64,000 nucleotides of DNA from Candidatus Latescibacterota bacterium (GTDB taxonomy: Bacteria; Latescibacterota; UBA2968; UBA8231). The position numbers and the translations under genes are program-made. The stretch is from assembly GCA_965203175.1 (NCBI GenBank), contig OZ241867.1:4608001-4672000 (forward strand), given 5' to 3'. The notes below the pieces were generated by a model that did not search any database, had not been told where the DNA came from, and worked only from the letters and a program-made list of their open reading frames with translations. Positions 58,699 through 64,000 of the stretch are shown here, in pieces (within the stretch, counting starts at the first letter, position 1; each line of letters begins with the position of its first letter).

Positions 58699-59898
58699 TC
58701 ACAGAATACGAGTAGATGCCGCTGTCTCGGCGTGATCCTGCCGAGACAGCGCCTGCCAGATCGCCGCTACCACAGCCCAGTAAATCGCCGCCTGCACAAT
58801 ACCGGAACTGGGCAAGATCTCCACGTCGTACCCCGGCACCCGCGTCACCGCATCGCCGAAGGGCCACTTTGGCCGGATGACGTAGTCCGGCTGCGGCGGG
58901 CCGTCCAATCCATCCCCAGTGATCACCTCGACGATCCGCGCACCCGCCCGGCGCGCGACCTGGTAGGCTTGCGTAGGCCGCCGGTAGTACCCTAGAAAGA
59001 AGAACAGATCCCCTGACTCCAGCTCGCGCTCGAGTTCGGCCACCGACGGAGACTCCCCATCGAGCCGCGCTAGGCGACGCATGTACAGCGGATCACCTGG
59101 CGCTCCGTGCTGATACACGGGAAAGTGAGAAATCATGCCCGCATGGATGACGCGGCCATCGTTGAGGACTTGAGCGCAGACTGCACCGACGCGGTCAATC
59201 GCTCCTGCCTCCTCCTCGATCAGAGCACGCAGAATCCCTCCGATCGCGTCCAAGTACTCCCCACCCACCTGTCCCGGAGGAATCGCCGGCACTTGGTGCG
59301 TCTGATGGAACCGCGAGCCGACAAACCGGGCATTGCGATCCCTCGCCCCGGCCACCAGCACACTCTGATACATGGCCGGCATCCGCCCAATCCGAGTTAA
59401 GGCGGCCACGATCTCGCCGGTAAAGGTCCACAAAACAACTAAGTTCTGCAGGGAAATCAGCGGGTAGCCCTCACCGCCGAAGGGAGCGGTCACTGCCTCT
59501 GACAGAGGAATTTCGCTCTCCAGGAATAGGTCGGCACCCAACTGTGCATCCGCCCCAGCCCACGAGGCCGGCCCAATGCCGACGATCAGGGCACCCGAGG
59601 CGCGCAGATCCCGCAACAACTCCAACTCCTGGTCCGGCGGGGCACCCGACCAGCCGAGAATCACCGCGTCATTCGCCGACAGCACCGTCTCAGGTGTCCA
59701 CTCTTCGGCCAGCATCAGCCCACCAGAGCGAATGAAGCCCTCCGACGTGAAATCCGGACGCGCGCTGGCCAGCAGTAGTCGTCCGTCCGCCGCCAAGCGT
59801 CCGGCGACCTGATCAGCGGTCTCCGAGATTGCTGGCAGCCGCGGTCTCAAGACCTCAACGCCCGCCAAAAGCGTCGCGAGATAATCCACGCAATTCAC
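58699..59898 (-). CDS. Hypothetical protein, possibly duplicated SIS-like fold
   Basis: Two halves, each with YL...I...A..LxxxGR; C-terminal ILPSSG. Confidence 0.6.
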   Translation of the reverse strand: MNCVDYLATLLAGVEVLRPRLPAISETADQVAGRLAADGRLLLASARPDFTSEGFIRSGGLMLAEEWTPETVLSANDAVILGWSGAPPDQELELLRDLRASGALIVGIGPASWAGADAQLGADLFLESEIPLSEAVTAPFGGEGYPLISLQNLVVLWTFTGEIVAALTRIGRMPAMYQSVLVAGARDRNARFVGSRFHQTHQVPAIPPGQVGGEYLDAIGGILRALIEEEAGAIDRVGAVCAQVLNDGRVIHAGMISHFPVYQHGAPGDPLYMRRLARLDGESPSVAELERELESGDLFFFLGYYRRPTQAYQVARRAGARIVEVITGDGLDGPPQPDYVIRPKWPFGDAVTRVPGYDVEILPSSGIVQAAIYWAVVAAIWQALSRQDHAETAASTRIL

Positions 59899-61214
59899 TC
59901 TGCCGCAGCCAATTCCAAGGCCCGAAGTGCCCCATCGGTCAGGACCCGATCCGCGTCGTCGCGCAGGAAGCGCCCCTGATGGCTCGCCCTCGCATCGAGG
60001 ACCTCGTAGCCCCCGTAGGGCACCTCCTCACTCGTCGGCACGTAGCCGATGGAGCCGTTGGCGTACCCCACGGGCAAGGTCAAGGAGAAAGGCGATGCCT
60101 CGGCAATAGCCAGCCCCGTCTCGACAAAGATCTCTCCCGGCAGGCCGATGAGCGCCACCTCGTCCAAGGCCAAGACCTGCAGTTCTAGGGGCAGACCTGT
60201 GGCCACCGAGCCGCTCTCGCACGCTTCGAGCCGCTCCTTGGCGGCAAAATAGCGGCGGCAGACCTGCCAGCTCCGATGGTGCTCGCCCTTGAGTTGGCGA
60301 AAGGCCGGCTCCCACTGCGCCAGTTCGCGCTCGCACTCCTGCTGCGATGGCATGGGCTGGAGAGGCAACTCAAAGGCATGCTGAGCACAGCGCAACCGGC
60401 CGCCCCGTCTCAGGTCGTCTCGGGCCAACACCGTCTGCAGCACCGCGTCACCGGCTCTGGTGCCGTGGCACCCGGCCAAGTCATAGGAGCCGCGCGGATG
60501 AGGGTTGATATTGCCGGCACAACCGTTGACGAACAGCGCCGTCACGCCCGTCAGTTGGGCCTCGATCAACCGCATAGCGTGGCCCATCCAATCGGCTGTG
60601 AACAGGTAGTTGTCGCTCACGAGGCAGGTCCCGTGAGCCGCGTGTTGGTAAATCACTACCAGCGGACCGCCATCGTCGCGCTCGAACCACACCGCATCGA
60701 CCCAAGGTGCCACCGCTCCGTCGGGATTGACGCCAATGCGGGTCGTGCCATCCTCCTGTCGCTCCCGGCGGTTGACGCCGACCTGCAGCGGATGACGGCC
60801 CGTGCCCCAGCGCACGGGCACCGCCGAGGTGGCCGCCTGCAGAGCAGCGCCGGCCATGTAGTGGCTCGTCGCGTCGATATAGGTAGAGACCTGTTCCTCC
60901 AGCGCCGAAAAGTCAGAGTACATCTGCGGACCGCCGTGCGTGTGCGAGAAGGCGAGGAATACGTGGGCTGCAGGCACCCCCGTCGCCGCGTGCACCAGCT
61001 CGCGCACGCGAGCGATCTGCTCCGCCCGCATGCCGAGCAGATCGTTGGCGATGATCACGGCCTGGGTCGAGCCGTCGTCGAGGAACAAGGCGTGGGTGTT
61101 GAGGTGGTCGTGTACGCCCTCGGCTCCGTGGTCGCGGGCACCGTACCCGCCCATGGGACAGCCGATCGGTGGAGTGATCCGGGCACCGCCGGCTCCGGCT
61201 AGTAAGTCGTTCAT
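59895..61214 (-). CDS. Neutral/alkaline ceramidase-like hydrolase
   Basis: ITPP..MGGY, SHTHGGP, NRR, GCAGNINP, PGE, GYVP, GGYE. Confidence 0.82.
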   Translation of the reverse strand: MNDLLAGAGGARITPPIGCPMGGYGARDHGAEGVHDHLNTHALFLDDGSTQAVIIANDLLGMRAEQIARVRELVHAATGVPAAHVFLAFSHTHGGPQMYSDFSALEEQVSTYIDATSHYMAGAALQAATSAVPVRWGTGRHPLQVGVNRRERQEDGTTRIGVNPDGAVAPWVDAVWFERDDGGPLVVIYQHAAHGTCLVSDNYLFTADWMGHAMRLIEAQLTGVTALFVNGCAGNINPHPRGSYDLAGCHGTRAGDAVLQTVLARDDLRRGGRLRCAQHAFELPLQPMPSQQECERELAQWEPAFRQLKGEHHRSWQVCRRYFAAKERLEACESGSVATGLPLELQVLALDEVALIGLPGEIFVETGLAIAEASPFSLTLPVGYANGSIGYVPTSEEVPYGGYEVLDARASHQGRFLRDDADRVLTDGALRALELAAAE

Positions 61215-61235
61215 CTTCTTCTCCTGCTCTCGTGG

Positions 61236-62522
61236 TTAAGGGCCCTGCAGGACCTTCTCAATGGTAGCGCGCACGATTTTTTCCGACCGACCCGACACAA
61301 AGGCGTCCACCGGCTCATATCCCCCCTCGGCAAAAGAACTCGCCAAGGTTATATACCCAGTCCCCAAATCCCCGTATCCCGCTACGGCGACAAAGGCATC
61401 TGGACGACTCGCCTGCGCATGTAGTTGGTATTCGATAAAGATCTCGCCCGGCAAATGGACCACCGCCACTTGGTCGTTGAGGTGCAAACAAGTGATGGGA
61501 ATGGGTCGCTCGCGGCGGCGCAGATACGTCAACATGAGGGCGGCTTTGCTGTGCACTTTGGCCCCGGAGGCCGACGAGGTGATTTGCGCCAACAGGTTTT
61601 CCTCGTCCATATCCTCCCTCGGCGGCAGCCGCACCGGCTCGACCGTCCAGCGCACGCGCTCCACCGGCTGCCGCGCACTGCCCTGCTCCGCCTCCAACAT
61701 GGCCCGATGGATGCGCTCGGTGAACAATTCCCGGTTGTCGGCTATACCGTCGTTGTACTTGCCCGCAGTGACATTGCCCGCGCAGCCGGTGAAGTATATA
61801 TGCGGTACACCGCTTTCCTCCCTGCGGCGGTTGCGCGCCAAGCCAACGAATTCAGGCGTCACCAGTCCAGTGCCGTCCTCGCTGGTGGGATGGACGGCGT
61901 AGTAGTGCAACAATGCCAGAGCACTCTCCCCCTGATAAAAGCCAATCGTCTTGAGCATGGGGTCGATGATACCTTCGGGAGCTTCCCGCACTTGTGGATC
62001 GCGGCACTGGGTCCAGCGCACCCCAGCCACCTTGCCGTCTGGCCCCATCACTCGCCGATTGGAAGCAATTTTCTCGACTTTGGCCTGCCCCACCGCAATA
62101 TCCGTGCAAGGTTGCAGATTAGTCATGGCCGCACCCGCCGCTTGCGCCACTTCGGCCCGAACCTTTTCGGCCCAGTCGCCAGCCATGATAATATTGGGAC
62201 GGCCGTGGGCGTCGAGAATGTCTTGGGCATCGCGGTCGGGCCAAGGCGTATCGTGGGCGTGGATACAGTGCACGGCCACGCGCTCAGCCTCGGTACCTAC
62301 GGCCCCGGCTAGTTCCCCGCGCCAGCGGTCGTAATCGCCATTGCTCAACTCTGCCCAGTCCAAGGCGCACAAGACTATGGGCGATTGATCGTCCGGCACC
62401 AAAATCAGCCCCAAGGCGGACAGCGGGTCGGCTATCCCCTTGGCCGGTGGATACCACCCCGCACAGAGCGGATGGCCCAGCGGCGGCGTAACGTCGGATT
62501 GAAATGTGGCGAGTTGCAGCAT
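61236..62522 (-). CDS. Ceramidase-like hypothetical hydrolase
   Basis: DVTPP, HAHD, SNRR, GCAGN, LPGE, GGYE. Confidence 0.75.
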   Translation of the reverse strand: MLQLATFQSDVTPPLGHPLCAGWYPPAKGIADPLSALGLILVPDDQSPIVLCALDWAELSNGDYDRWRGELAGAVGTEAERVAVHCIHAHDTPWPDRDAQDILDAHGRPNIIMAGDWAEKVRAEVAQAAGAAMTNLQPCTDIAVGQAKVEKIASNRRVMGPDGKVAGVRWTQCRDPQVREAPEGIIDPMLKTIGFYQGESALALLHYYAVHPTSEDGTGLVTPEFVGLARNRRREESGVPHIYFTGCAGNVTAGKYNDGIADNRELFTERIHRAMLEAEQGSARQPVERVRWTVEPVRLPPREDMDEENLLAQITSSASGAKVHSKAALMLTYLRRRERPIPITCLHLNDQVAVVHLPGEIFIEYQLHAQASRPDAFVAVAGYGDLGTGYITLASSFAEGGYEPVDAFVSGRSEKIVRATIEKVLQGP

Positions 62523-62650
62523 GGTTTTCTCAATACGGGATGATTGCAGGTATTCCGCGCCGCTTAATATACGCGACCTCCTCCTTGACAGGCCACCGCC
62601 TAAGTCAATTATTGGAAGCCCAATCAGTGCTTTTCCAATAGGAGCTTCCC

Positions 62651-63874
62651 ATGAAAATCGCCCACATCGAGCAAATCCCCATCGCTATGCCCCTAGCCAA
62701 GTGCTACGACAACCACGCCGGCCGCATGCGCATGTACGACATAGATCAACATATAGTAGTTAAAGTACACGGCGACAATGGGTTAGTCGGCTACGGTGAC
62801 TACGAAGATAACCCTAGGCCCGTACCCCAAGCCGAGATTGACGCGCTCATCGGCACCAACCCTTTCGACTATCTGCTCAACAATTTCCACATGGGTTTGG
62901 GCATGGCGCTCTACGACCTGATGGGCAAGCACGTAGGCGTGCCTGCGCACAAACTGATGGGGCAAAAAGTGCGCGACGCCGTCCCCTGCGCCGCCTGGAC
63001 CCGCCCCTGTCCCCCCGACGTTTTCGCCGGTGAGATCCAGCGCGCTGCCGATCAGGGCTACCGCGTCTTCAAAATGCACTCGGACGCCCGCTACGACGTC
63101 ATCGAGCAGACCCGCGCCGCGGAAAAGGTCGCACCACCCGGCTTCAAACTACACTGGGATCTCAACCACAACCGCACGCTGGGCACGATCCTACCCATTG
63201 TCGCCGAACTGGAAAAATCGCCGATCGTCGGATTTCTCGAAGACCCGCTGGTGTGGAGCGATATCGACGGCTGGCGCACCCTGCGCGAGAAGACCAAAAT
63301 CCCCCTCGTCATGCACGTCCCCCAATTGGGCGGCATCCAGGAAGTGATTCGCGGAGTCGCCGATATCTACATGATTGGCGGACGCATCGGCGACACCCTG
63401 ACCTCGGGCTTTGCCTATGCCAAAGCCAATATCCAGTGCCTGATCCAGCAAAGCGGCAATACCCTGATGAAGGCCCTCACCCTGCACCAAGCCGCAGTCC
63501 TGCCCACGGCCTCGGCCCATACCATCAACTTAGACGACCAGTTCGAGTCCGATGTCGCTGAAAAAATCCCAGTCGTCGAGGGCTTTTCACCTGTGCCCGA
63601 AGGCCCGGGGCTAGGCGTGGAAGTGGACGAAGAAGCCCTGGCCCAAGCTGCCGCCCGCGCCCACCTGCCCAGGTACGACTACATCGGCGTGGTGCACTTT
63701 GCCGGCGGCCACAAAGCCTACAGCTTGGGCAGCCCGAATATCAACCACCTGACCGGCACCGAAGAAGGCCGCCTCCAGGGCCTCAACTTTGAGTACTGGA
63801 CCGACGACGGCTCAGCCGAATACGCCCGCGTCCTCAAGCGCTTGCAGGAGGAAGGGCCGTTTATCGAGAGCTAG
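62651..63874 (+). CDS. Enolase superfamily enzyme
   Basis: MALYDLMGK, FKMH, DLNH, LEDP, GPGLG. Confidence 0.88.
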   Translation: MKIAHIEQIPIAMPLAKCYDNHAGRMRMYDIDQHIVVKVHGDNGLVGYGDYEDNPRPVPQAEIDALIGTNPFDYLLNNFHMGLGMALYDLMGKHVGVPAHKLMGQKVRDAVPCAAWTRPCPPDVFAGEIQRAADQGYRVFKMHSDARYDVIEQTRAAEKVAPPGFKLHWDLNHNRTLGTILPIVAELEKSPIVGFLEDPLVWSDIDGWRTLREKTKIPLVMHVPQLGGIQEVIRGVADIYMIGGRIGDTLTSGFAYAKANIQCLIQQSGNTLMKALTLHQAAVLPTASAHTINLDDQFESDVAEKIPVVEGFSPVPEGPGLGVEVDEEALAQAAARAHLPRYDYIGVVHFAGGHKAYSLGSPNINHLTGTEEGRLQGLNFEYWTDDGSAEYARVLKRLQEEGPFIES

Positions 63875-64000
63875 AGTCGTACCAGTCCTGCAACGCTGGA
63901 TAGAGCGCCCGATAGCGATCAAAAGCCCGCCGGTAGTATTCGACTCGCTCCTGGTCGCAATGCACGGTCTCAGCCAACTTGACCGTGCTCTGACAGGCAG
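63861..64000 (-). CDS. C-terminus of a probable FGGY carbohydrate kinase (xylulokinase-like), partial
   Basis: ACQSTVKLAETVHCDQERVEYYRRAFDRYRALYPALQDWYDSSSR*. Confidence 0.6.
   Translation of the reverse strand, partial: ACQSTVKLAETVHCDQERVEYYRRAFDRYRALYPALQDWYDSSSR

Noticed and set aside
51991-62312. Long antisense ORFs (51991-53388, 60276-61202, 61425-62312)
   Set aside because: Expected opposite GC-rich genes; no motifs and biased composition.

Overview
Bacterial chromosomal window from a GC-rich diderm (it encodes Lnt, a TonB-dependent receptor and lipoproteins). The gene mix (many enolase-superfamily, Gfo/Idh/MocA, PhyH, amidohydrolase and Uma2 genes, plus a large Ig/cadherin-like surface protein) resembles Latescibacterota/Poribacteria-type heterotrophs; that taxonomy is inference only. 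Layout: (1) 1-3064, a minus-strand secreted repeat protein missing from the ORF track because it runs off the left edge; (2) 3.3-17.3 kb, core genes: rpsT, a cysM-mec-cysO-cysK sulfur-carrier operon, aspS, a lipoprotein+LysM pair, and phoH-HD-ybeY-corC-tRNA-fMet-sigma-r4-lnt; (3) 17.3-64 kb, catabolic operons interrupted by two small accessory islands. Island A (about 32.0-34.6 kb) holds two AT-rich paralogous orphan genes, the second interrupted by a complete IS481-family element, and a Uma2 gene. Island B (about 48.3-51.0 kb) holds a DUF4160/DUF2442 pair, gene remnants and a single-ORF fusion of a three-Cys DUF5131 (Gp37/Gp68) domain with a TcmP methyltransferase-like domain, which is the best candidate for an undescribed system. 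All family calls come from motif recognition by eye, not from database searches.
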